A stretch of DNA of 64,000 nt, from the NCBI RefSeq assembly GCF_016863135.1, contig NZ_BOOH01000011.1:43141-107140 (forward strand), in the 5' to 3' direction. Both the position numbers and the translations under genes were made by a program. This stretch comes from Planobispora longispora (GTDB lineage Bacteria > Actinomycetota > Actinomycetes > Streptosporangiales > Streptosporangiaceae). The notes beneath the pieces were generated by a model that saw only the letters and a program-made list of their open reading frames with translations, was not told where the DNA came from and ran no database searches. Below are positions 19,101-25,817 of the stretch, piece after piece. Within the stretch, counting starts at the first letter, position 1. Each line of letters starts with the position of its first letter.

Positions 19101-19243
19101 AGGATCTCCAGCTGGTAGACGCCCTCCTCGTGCTCCGCGGCGAGCCCGTCGAGGAACTCGTTGGGGGAGTGGGCCGGTATCTGCAGGGTGTTGCCGAGAA
19201 CGGGCAGGCCCCGCGGGGCGGGCACGGAACGAGTCGCGGACAT
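16106..19243 (-). CDS. self-sufficient cytochrome P450 (CYP102/P450-BM3-like: P450 heme domain fused to FMN flavodoxin and FAD/NADPH reductase domains)
   Basis: Heme motif FGNGERACIGRQF and I-helix AGHETTS. The diflavin reductase half carries flavodoxin and FAD/NADPH-binding motifs (RYYSISSS, GPGTGFAPLRGF). ATG at 19243 is preceded by GAGGAG. Product is 1,046 aa; BM3 is 1,049 aa. Confidence 0.9.
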   Translation of the reverse strand: MSATRSVPAPRGLPVLGNTLQIPAHSPNEFLDGLAAEHEEGVYQLEILGRRVLFVYDPDLVAEVCDETRFYKGIDPPLSIVRDFGGDGLFTARGNEPVWGQAHRILMPAFSQRSMKAYFPQMLEVARQLVASWERRQGEDLPVSDDMTRLTLDTISLTGFDYRFDSFASPELHPFLQAMGRALTEAMLRNRRLPLVTRMMKKQEAAYRADIRAMQDLVDDVIRQRRAAGDTSTRDLLGLMLGAADPKTGRRLPDENIRNQVLTFLIAGHETTSGLLSFALYNLLRNPHVLARAYAEVDRLLPGDAAPSYETIMKLDVIPRVLEETLRIWSPIPAFAVKPFADTEIGGYPVRKGQTTVVLLPPLHRHPKAWQRPGEFDIDRWLPERRKEHHPAAYKPFGNGERACIGRQFALTEARLALALVLQRFAISDPDAYRIKVKQTLTLKPEGFTLRVRERMPYERNASGETGAGRTADEQPVEMAVTGTGLTVAYGSNLGTCADIAERLAGRAGRAGFAVTLTTLDELAAAPPASGPLVIVASSYNGRAPDNAQAFDALEELPPLDGVRLALLGCGDTQWPSYQEFPRRAFAKLTGAGAVPLVERGEADADGDLDGDVTAWTSALWAALAAEYGAASGGDAGGGPRYEMEILTEADVRPAVVSDRAVPLTVIAGEELTGDPAGLWDFSLEAPRAGVRSITARLPEGVSYTAGDHLAVFAKNDPELVEWALRCLRVPRDRVVRLRARGATHLPTDTPVTAGLLLAEFAELQDVATRSDLETLAAHTECPWTRGQLAALDYAEEILTKRVSVLALLERFPAITLPLPLFLEMTGPIRPRYYSISSSPLADPGTVRITVGLVEGPAWSGAGEYRGTCSAYLAGLAPGEVFYGYVRVPAPPFRLPGDPAVPVILIGPGTGFAPLRGFLEDRALSGASGPAEVFTGCRHPGHDWLYRRELEGWERDGVARVHTAFSAVPGHRFRFVQDAVAAEADRVWELLERGAHVYVCGDGLRMAPAVRRALAGIYESRTGGDGEAWLRGLEAEGRYQQDVFA

Positions 19244-19275
19244 GGGAACTCCTCGCATCCCGTGGCCGGTGACCT

Positions 19276-19328
19276 CCGTACGGCACCGGCCATACACCGT
19301 ATGGCAGTAGCTACCATACGGCGTATGG
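19276..19328. promoter_or_regulatory. operator array in the P450/TetR divergent intergenic region
   Basis: CCGTACGG (19276-19283); CCATAC-acc-GTATGG (19290-19304); CCATAC-ggc-GTATGG (19314-19328). The two 15-bp palindromes are 24 bp apart centre to centre. The second overlaps the TetR ATG (19325). Confidence 0.55.
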
Positions 19329-19900
19329 CCGTGAGTGCGCGCAGGGGGGAGCCCCTGACGCTTGAGGAGATCTGCGCGACCGCCCTGCGGATGATCGACG
19401 CGGGCGGGGTGGACAGCCTGTCCATGCGCAAGCTCGCCGCCGAGCTCGACGTCAACCCGATGTCGCTCTACCACCACGTGGACAGCAAGACCGCGCTCCT
19501 GCAGCAGGTCTGCTCCATGGTGGCGCTCCGGCTCCGGCTGCCCGCCGACGACGGCACCCCGTGGCGGGACCAGCTGCGCGCCCTGGGATACGCCTACCGC
19601 TCCATCGCGCAGCGGCACCCCTCGCTCTGGCTGTACGTGCAGTCCCACCCGGAGGCGCTCAAGCACGACTACCTGCTGTGGGACGTGCTCAACCGGATCC
19701 TGGTCGCCGCCGGGGTCCCGCCGGAGCGGCTGGCCCACACCCGCAAGGCGCTGTTCACCTTCGTCTCCGGCTTCGTCTTCGCCGAGTGCGCCGGGATCCT
19801 CGCCGAGCAGGACGGCCCCGGAGGCGCCGCCGACGTCGACGACACCTTCGAGGTCGCCGTGGACCTCATCATCGCGGGCCTGTCGGCGGCCCGCCCCTGA
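19325..19900 (+). CDS. TetR-family transcriptional regulator (divergent from P450)
   Basis: TLEEICATALRMIDAGGVDSLSMRKLAAELDVNPMSLYHHV is a TetR HTH, followed by a TetR_C-like ligand domain. Confidence 0.8.
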   Translation: MAVSARRGEPLTLEEICATALRMIDAGGVDSLSMRKLAAELDVNPMSLYHHVDSKTALLQQVCSMVALRLRLPADDGTPWRDQLRALGYAYRSIAQRHPSLWLYVQSHPEALKHDYLLWDVLNRILVAAGVPPERLAHTRKALFTFVSGFVFAECAGILAEQDGPGGAADVDDTFEVAVDLIIAGLSAARP

Positions 19901-19981
19901 CGGGCCGCTCCATCCGCTCGTGAAGGTCCGCTCGCGGTCCGCTCGGGGGAGTCCGCTGAGAGTCCGGTCCAGAGAGGCCGG

Positions 19982-21292
19982 TCAGCCCTCGTCGCCGAAC
20001 CAGTTGCCGTGGAAGCCGGCGGGCACCCGGCGCGGCAGCCGCACCGCCGCCACCTGCTCCAGGGAGGCGGCGTCCAGCACCTTCAGCTCCGAGTCGTCCC
20101 CGGCGCTGACGACGGACATCAGCCAGCCGTCGTCCTCGGCCCGCGCGCCCTCCGCGGGCACGTACACGGCCTCCCCGGTCGTGCCGCCGGTCTCCTTGAC
20201 CCGGCCGGAGCCCGTGACCGTGTCGTACTTGACGATCGCGTCGCCGGTCACCGCGTAGAGGTAGCGGTTGGCCAGGCCGGTGCGGTCCCCGTTGAGGCTG
20301 GGGAACTCCACGTCCCGGTCGTCGAGCTGCTCCTCCTTGGCGGTCGCGCCGAGGGTCCAGCGGTACAGGGGCGCGCCGCCGAGCTCGGCGGCCGAGGCGG
20401 CCGGATCGAGATCCCCGCTGATCTCGCCCCAGATCCGCCGGAACGAGCCGGCGGAGTAGCGCACCGCGTCCAGCACGACCTGGCCCTCGTCGTCCTCGTG
20501 GGCGTTGCCGACGTGGAAGACGTAGCACGGGTCGATCTCGTGCCAGCGCACCTTCCCGCCGTCGCCGCCGTCGCGGCGCATGACGCCGAGCCGCGCGCCG
20601 TAGCCTTCGTCCCACCGGTACGGCATGGCGCCGCTCATGGCCGTCTCCAGGTCGAAGACCACCGGCAGGTCCAGCCAGACGACGTGGTTCTCGGTGATCG
20701 CGAAGTCGTGGATCATCGTCGGCCCGGGGACCTCGATCTCCCGGCTCTCGACCAGCTCGCCGTCCGCCGACAGCCGGTGGTAGGTGAGGTACGGCGGGGC
20801 GAAGCCGTACCCGAAGAAGAGCAGCTCCCCGGTCGCGGGGTCCTCCTTCGGGTGCGCGGTCATGGCGGTGGTGAGCCTGCCGCCGAAGTCGTGCGGGCCG
20901 AGGGTCTCCAGCTCCGGGCTGATCTCGTACGGCAGGCCGTTCTCGACCAGGGCGAGGATCCGGCCGGAGTGCCGGATCACGTGGGTGTTGGCGCTGACGG
21001 CGGCCAGGTCGAAGCCCTTGTCGGAGATGAACGGGGCGTCGTCGGTGAAGGCGGTGGTCTTCGTCCACCGGTTCCGGTACCACTCGGCGCGGCCCTCGCG
21101 CAGCCGGACGCCGTGGAGCATGCCGTGCCCCAGGAACCAGTGGCCGGGGTCCTGGCCGGGCAGCGGGTTGGGGCCGTTGCGGAAGTAGCGGCCGGTCAGT
21201 TCGGCGGGCAGTTCGCCGGTCACCGACAGGTCGGCGACGCTGATCTCGTCGGGGACGGGTGCGAAGTGCCCTTGCAGATAAGCGGGGGTCAT
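19982..21292 (-). CDS. carotenoid-cleavage oxygenase (RPE65/CCO family)
   Basis: Family-typical blocks FRNGPNP, HWFLGHGMLHG, HDFAITENHVVWLDLP and FHGNWF, including conserved His ligands. Alternative ATG at 21307. Confidence 0.8.
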   Translation of the reverse strand: MTPAYLQGHFAPVPDEISVADLSVTGELPAELTGRYFRNGPNPLPGQDPGHWFLGHGMLHGVRLREGRAEWYRNRWTKTTAFTDDAPFISDKGFDLAAVSANTHVIRHSGRILALVENGLPYEISPELETLGPHDFGGRLTTAMTAHPKEDPATGELLFFGYGFAPPYLTYHRLSADGELVESREIEVPGPTMIHDFAITENHVVWLDLPVVFDLETAMSGAMPYRWDEGYGARLGVMRRDGGDGGKVRWHEIDPCYVFHVGNAHEDDEGQVVLDAVRYSAGSFRRIWGEISGDLDPAASAAELGGAPLYRWTLGATAKEEQLDDRDVEFPSLNGDRTGLANRYLYAVTGDAIVKYDTVTGSGRVKETGGTTGEAVYVPAEGARAEDDGWLMSVVSAGDDSELKVLDAASLEQVAAVRLPRRVPAGFHGNWFGDEG

Positions 21293-21315
21293 GAGCCCTC
21301 CCAACATTCCAGTTG

Positions 21316-21354
21316 TGACATGTCAAAAGTAGAACGTTCATTGATGACATGTCA
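21316..21354. promoter_or_regulatory. two copies of the perfect palindrome TGACATGTCA in the CCO/PadR divergent promoter region
   Basis: TGACATGTCA at 21316-21325 and 21345-21354. It contains an ACATGT core like known PadR-family operators (ATGT-n-ACAT type). Confidence 0.55.
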
Positions 21355-21377
21355 ATCGAGGAATCTAAGATGACCTC

Positions 21378-21947
21378 ATGAGCCTCCGTCACGCGGTGCT
21401 CGGGCTCCTCACCGAGGGCCCGGCCAGCGGCTACGACCTGCTGAAAGTCTTCGAGGTCTCGCTCGCCAACGTCTGGCCCGCCACCCAGAGCCAGCTCTAC
21501 GGCGAACTCGGCCGGCTGGCCGACGCCGGGCTGATCGAGGTCGTGGCCGAAGGCCCGCGCGGCCGCAAGGAGTACGGGCTGACCGACGCGGGCCTGACGG
21601 AGCTGCGCCGCTGGCTGATCGAGGTCGAGCCCGAGTCGTTCCGCCGCACCGACATGCTGCTGCGGGTGTTCTTCCTCGGCGTCGTCCGGCCCGAGGAGGC
21701 CCGGGCATACCTGCAGGAGCAGGGCACGGTGGCGGCCCGCGCCCGTGAGGACCTGGAGGAGATCCGCTCGGCCGCCGAGAAGGGCGACCTGGGGAACACG
21801 CCCCTGGCGGTCTACGGCCGCATCGCCCTCGAATGGGGACTGCGCTTCACCGTCATGCAGCGGGAGTGGGCCGAGTGGGCCGCCCGCCAGATCGACCAGA
21901 TCGAGGAGCAGAACAGCGTCGGCGCCTCCCGCCAGGATCTGCCCTGA
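21378..21947 (+). CDS. PadR-family transcriptional regulator
   Basis: LRHAVLGLLTEGPASGYDLLKVFEVSLANVWPATQSQLYGELGRLADAGLI is a PadR winged-helix motif. Confidence 0.85.
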   Translation: MSLRHAVLGLLTEGPASGYDLLKVFEVSLANVWPATQSQLYGELGRLADAGLIEVVAEGPRGRKEYGLTDAGLTELRRWLIEVEPESFRRTDMLLRVFFLGVVRPEEARAYLQEQGTVAARAREDLEEIRSAAEKGDLGNTPLAVYGRIALEWGLRFTVMQREWAEWAARQIDQIEEQNSVGASRQDLP

Positions 21948-21985
21948 CCTTTCCCGCTCCGGGCGGGGAAGGGCGGGCGGCGGGC

Positions 21986-22879
21986 TCAGGCGAGGACGCG
22001 GCCGACCACGCGGGCGTACATCCGGCCCGGGCTGGGCACCGAGGGCGGGGTGAGGAAGCCGGGGAGCATGGGGAGGTCCACGGCGAAGGGCTGCAGGCGC
22101 TCGTAGAGCGCCTCGACCCCGGCGGGGCGCCGGTCGGGATTCTTCTCCAGCAGGTCGGCGAGGAGACGGTTCAGCTCGGCGGGGACGCCGGGCACCGGCG
22201 GCGGGCGCTCCTTCACCTGCCGCTCGAACACGGCGTACTCGGTGGGGCCGGTGAACAGCTGCCTGCCGGTGAGCATCTCGTGGATCATGCAGCCCAGGGC
22301 GTACAGGTCGCTGCGCGGCCCGGCCAGGCCCCGCTGGATCTGCTCGGGCGCCATGTAGGACGGGGTGCCCAGGAGCTGGCCGATCCGGGTGAACCGGGTG
22401 GAGTCGGCCTCCCGGAGCATCGCCAGGCCGAAGTCCAGGACCTTGACGCTGCCGTCGGGGCAGAGCATCAGGTTGGTCGGCTTGAGGTCGCGGTGGTAGA
22501 TGGACAGCGCGTGGGCGGCCGAGAGCACCGCGCAGGCCTGGGCCGCGATCGCGGCGGCCCACGGCACCGGGAGCGGGCCGTGCTCGCTGACCAGGTCGGC
22601 CACGGTGACGCCCTCGATGAACTGCATCACCTGGAACAGGCGCTGGTCGAAGGTGCCGAAGTCGTACAGGACCGGGGCGCCGGGGTGCTCCAGCCGGGCC
22701 AGGATGCGGGCCTCGCGCATGAAGCGCCGCTCCAGCTCCTCGTCGGGGCCGGTGAGCAGGCGCATGATCTTGACGGCCACCCGGCGGTCGAGGTGTTTGT
22801 CATGACCGGCGTAGACCGCGCCCATCCCGCCCTGCCCCAGAGGGAGGTCGTCGAGAACGTAGCGGTCGCCGATGACCAT
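21986..22879 (-). CDS. Ser/Thr protein kinase, kinase domain only (297 aa)
   Basis: Gly loop LGQGGMGAVY, Lys in VAVKIM, catalytic loop HRDLKPTNLM, DFG (LDFGLA) and APE (SYMAPE). No sensor or TM domains. Starts 24 bp after the MTase stop. Confidence 0.85.
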   Translation of the reverse strand: MVIGDRYVLDDLPLGQGGMGAVYAGHDKHLDRRVAVKIMRLLTGPDEELERRFMREARILARLEHPGAPVLYDFGTFDQRLFQVMQFIEGVTVADLVSEHGPLPVPWAAAIAAQACAVLSAAHALSIYHRDLKPTNLMLCPDGSVKVLDFGLAMLREADSTRFTRIGQLLGTPSYMAPEQIQRGLAGPRSDLYALGCMIHEMLTGRQLFTGPTEYAVFERQVKERPPPVPGVPAELNRLLADLLEKNPDRRPAGVEALYERLQPFAVDLPMLPGFLTPPSVPSPGRMYARVVGRVLA

Positions 22880-22903
22880 CGACCCTCCCTGGACCCGTGG
22901 GCA

Positions 22904-24889
22904 CTAACCCCCCTGGCCGCACGGTCTCAGATGGCCGTCGGCCAGTCCATCAAAGCCTAGCCGGATCAAGGTCTCGCCCAGTGCCGCCGTCTCGCGCAAC
23001 CGGTCCTCCATCGCGGCCAGTTCCCGGAACGCCTCGCCGTAGCGCCGCTGCTCGGCCACCGGCAGCACCGGCACCCGGGCCCGGCGCACGTCGAGCCGGC
23101 TGGAGCTGGAATGCACGCGCGAGGAGTCCGCGGAGCGGAGGAACCCGGCGAGGAAGTGCGGGTCGAGCCGCTCCGGGTCCACCCGGTAGAGGGTGAGCTG
23201 CGGCCCGAGCGCGGCGCCGGCTTCGGCCACGGAGTCGGCGACCACCCGGACCGCGCCCAGGACGGTGGTCACGATGTCACCCGGGCCGACCATGACCAGG
23301 GCCGGGTCGGGAACGGTCCCGCCGGAGGGCGGCGTTCCCGCGGCGGCGTCCTCGGCCGTCAGGACCGGGACGGGCCCGGAGTCGGCGGTCAGCTTCGACG
23401 GGGCCGCCAGGATGGTGACCAGCCCCGCCTTGACCAGCTCGCCGACCGTCGTGGTGGGCAGCTCCTGCCGTTCGGTCAGCGTCTCCAGCTCCGGAGGGGA
23501 CTTCGGCAGCGCGGCCGACGCCTCCCGGAAGCGGTCGAGGGCGGCGGTGAAGTCGCGGGCGAAGTCCATCCCGCCCTGCTGCGGGCGGTGCCGCCCCGTG
23601 GCGAGGTCCACCTCGTCGTCGAGCAGGTCGATGATCCGCACGGTACGGCTGTCGCCGGTCAGCTCGGCCTCGGGATCCGCGGTGAAGGCGCGCCAGGCCG
23701 GTTCCACGACCGACAGGTCCTCACCGGCGTCCACCATCAGGACCTGCGACGGGGGCCGCTCGCCGGCCGGGCGGCGCAGCAGCCACAGGTCGGGGCCGCC
23801 CGGTCCCAGGGAGATCACCGCGCGGAGCGCCCCGGCCCGCAGCAGGTTTCCCCGGATCCGCTTGCCGGGGCGGCGGCTGGCCGCCGCGGCGGGCATCAGG
23901 ATCGCCACCAGGCCGCCCGGCCGCACGTGGGCCAGGCAGTGCTGCACCCAGGCGAGCTCCGGCTCGCTGCGCGGCGGCAGGCCGTACTCCCAGCGGGAGT
24001 CGCCGGTCAGCTCGTCGTAGCCCCAGGCCCGCTCGTTGAACGGCGGGTCGCAGAGCACCGCGTCGGCGAGGGCGCCGGCCAGGCCGTCCTCACGGAGCGA
24101 GTCTCCGGCCACGATCCGGGCCGGCGCCCCGCGCAGCAGCAGCCGCACCGCGGTGAGCAGGGCGTTCGTCTCACTGAGTTCCTGGCCGAGCGGGGTGTTC
24201 GCGCCCAGCAGGAGGGTGCCGACCCCGCAGGCGGGGTCCAGCACGGCGCCGCCGCCGGCCAGGCGCGTCATGAGCGCGGCCACGTCGTCCCTGGTGACCG
24301 AGAGCTGGCGGGAGTGCACCTCGACGTAGCGGGCGCAGAGGAACTCGAACGCGTCCAGCGGCCCGTTCTCCCGGGCCAGCCGGGAGACCAGCCGGAGCAG
24401 CGCGGGGTCGTGCGGCCGGAGGTCGGGCGCGCGCGGCAGGTCGGCCGTGGTGGCCGCCACCAGTGTGGCGAGGGAGGGCGCGTCGCGGTCGCCAGAGGAG
24501 CGGGAGCCGTCCCCGACGGGGGAGGGCCAGATGCGGCGGTCGCCGGAGAGCACCCGCGGGCCGTGCTCGCGCCAGCTCTCGGGGTCGCGGTGGAGGGAGA
24601 GCAGGAAGACGCCGACCTGTCCGACCAACTCGCCCAGGCGCAGGTCGTCGACCGCGGTCCGCATCCGCTGCCAGACTAGGTCGCCGAGGGAGACTTCGAA
24701 GGACTTGCCGTTGCCGCGCAGCCACGCGGTGACCTCGGACAGGGAGAAGAGGGGGCTGGAGGCGGTTCCGCCGATCGGCTGGGGGAAGTCATCGTGACGG
24801 CGGCGCCAGTTGCTCACCGCCGCCCGGCCGACATCGGCGAACCGGGCGATGTCGCCCGCGTTCACGGTGATCTCCTGGCTCTCCTCCAT
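22904..24889 (-). CDS. N6-adenine DNA methyltransferase fused to an N-terminal HTH and a C-terminal HsdS-like target-recognition domain (M-S fusion; no nuclease domain)
   Basis: Motif I VLDPACGVGTLL and motif IV LCDPPFNERAWGY (gamma-class DPPF). N-terminal HTH DIARFADVGRAAVSNWRRR. C-terminal TRD ends with ...VPVLPVAEQRRYGEAFRE, the HsdS-like conserved tail. An alternative GTG start at ~24865 has a better RBS (AGGAG). Confidence 0.8.
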   Translation of the reverse strand: MEESQEITVNAGDIARFADVGRAAVSNWRRRHDDFPQPIGGTASSPLFSLSEVTAWLRGNGKSFEVSLGDLVWQRMRTAVDDLRLGELVGQVGVFLLSLHRDPESWREHGPRVLSGDRRIWPSPVGDGSRSSGDRDAPSLATLVAATTADLPRAPDLRPHDPALLRLVSRLARENGPLDAFEFLCARYVEVHSRQLSVTRDDVAALMTRLAGGGAVLDPACGVGTLLLGANTPLGQELSETNALLTAVRLLLRGAPARIVAGDSLREDGLAGALADAVLCDPPFNERAWGYDELTGDSRWEYGLPPRSEPELAWVQHCLAHVRPGGLVAILMPAAAASRRPGKRIRGNLLRAGALRAVISLGPGGPDLWLLRRPAGERPPSQVLMVDAGEDLSVVEPAWRAFTADPEAELTGDSRTVRIIDLLDDEVDLATGRHRPQQGGMDFARDFTAALDRFREASAALPKSPPELETLTERQELPTTTVGELVKAGLVTILAAPSKLTADSGPVPVLTAEDAAAGTPPSGGTVPDPALVMVGPGDIVTTVLGAVRVVADSVAEAGAALGPQLTLYRVDPERLDPHFLAGFLRSADSSRVHSSSSRLDVRRARVPVLPVAEQRRYGEAFRELAAMEDRLRETAALGETLIRLGFDGLADGHLRPCGQGG

Positions 24890-24896
24890 ACTCGGT

Positions 24897-24913
24897 CACA
24901 GTAGTTGACTGTG
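24897..24913. promoter_or_regulatory. palindrome CACAGT-agttg-ACTGTG immediately upstream of the MTase start codon
   Basis: Read directly from the sequence. It sits 8 nt from the MTase ATG in the MTase/PP2C divergent region. Confidence 0.4.
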
Positions 24914-24973
24914 CTGAAATGGTCTACAGCCCGTTTGCTTGTGAAGTGCTTCAACCAGTGCTTTACTGCCTTC

Positions 24974-25771
24974 ATGGCACAAAACGAAGGACTGGCACTG
25001 CGCTACGCCGCCCGCTCCGACGTCGGGGTCCGCCGTGAGGCGAACGAGGACTCGGGCTACGCGAGCGCCCGCCTGCTCGCCGTCGCCGACGGCATGGGCG
25101 GCCACGCCGGGGGCGAGATCGCCAGCTCGCTCGCCGTCGCCGCCGTGGCAGCGCTGGACGACAGTCTTCCGAATACCGGTGTCGACCTCAAGGCCGCGCT
25201 GAAAGGCCTGGCCAAGGACATCAACCAGGCGTTGCGCGACACGGCCGAGCGGGAGCCCGCGCTGCGCGGGATGGGCACCACCCTCACCGCGATGCTCTGG
25301 GACGGCGACATGTTCGCCCTGGCCCACGTCGGCGACTCCCGTGCCTACATGCTGCGCGACGGCGCCCTCTACCAGATCACTCACGACCACACCCTCGTCC
25401 AGTCGCTGGTGGACGACGGGCGGATCACCCCCGAGCAGGCGGCCGAGCACCCGCGCCGGTCGATGGTCCTCCGCGTGCTGGAGGGCACCGGCGACGGCGA
25501 GCTCGACCTGACCCTCCGCGAGGCCCAGCCGGGCGACCGCTACCTCATCTGCTCCGACGGCCTGACCGCCGTCGTCGGCCCGGAGACCCTCTTCAACACC
25601 CTCACCGAGATCGACGAGCCCGACGAGGTCGCCCGCTGGCTGATCGACCTGGCCAACCGGGGCGGCGGCCCCGACAACATCACCTGCATCGTGGCCGACT
25701 TCGGCGCGCACGACGCGGGCGCGGAGCGGTTCGTCGTCGGCGCCGCGACGGAGCGCAAGCTCACCCCCTGA
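24974..25771 (+). CDS. PP2C-family Ser/Thr phosphatase (paralogue 1)
   Basis: LRYAARSDVGVRREANEDS, AVADGMGGHAGGEIAS, GMGTTLT and DGxxD...GGPDNITC are PP2C motifs. No obvious SD sequence. Confidence 0.85.
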   Translation: MAQNEGLALRYAARSDVGVRREANEDSGYASARLLAVADGMGGHAGGEIASSLAVAAVAALDDSLPNTGVDLKAALKGLAKDINQALRDTAEREPALRGMGTTLTAMLWDGDMFALAHVGDSRAYMLRDGALYQITHDHTLVQSLVDDGRITPEQAAEHPRRSMVLRVLEGTGDGELDLTLREAQPGDRYLICSDGLTAVVGPETLFNTLTEIDEPDEVARWLIDLANRGGGPDNITCIVADFGAHDAGAERFVVGAATERKLTP

Positions 25772-25793
25772 CGGCCGCCTTCAGGAGTCCCGG

Positions 25794-25815
25794 GCGGACG
25801 GCCGGCGGCGGCCGT
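25794..25815. terminator. GC hairpin between convergent PP2C and giant ATPase genes
   Basis: GGACGGCC-ggcggc-GGCCGTCC, an 8-bp stem between the stop at 25771 (+) and the stop at 25818 (-). Confidence 0.45.
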
Positions 25816-25817
25816 CC

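Noticed and set aside
15980-19900. 1,306-aa + ORF and 16014..17078 (-) ORF
   Set aside because: Antisense to or out of frame with the P450 BM3-like gene. Only the terminal 192 codons (19325..19900) form the real TetR gene.
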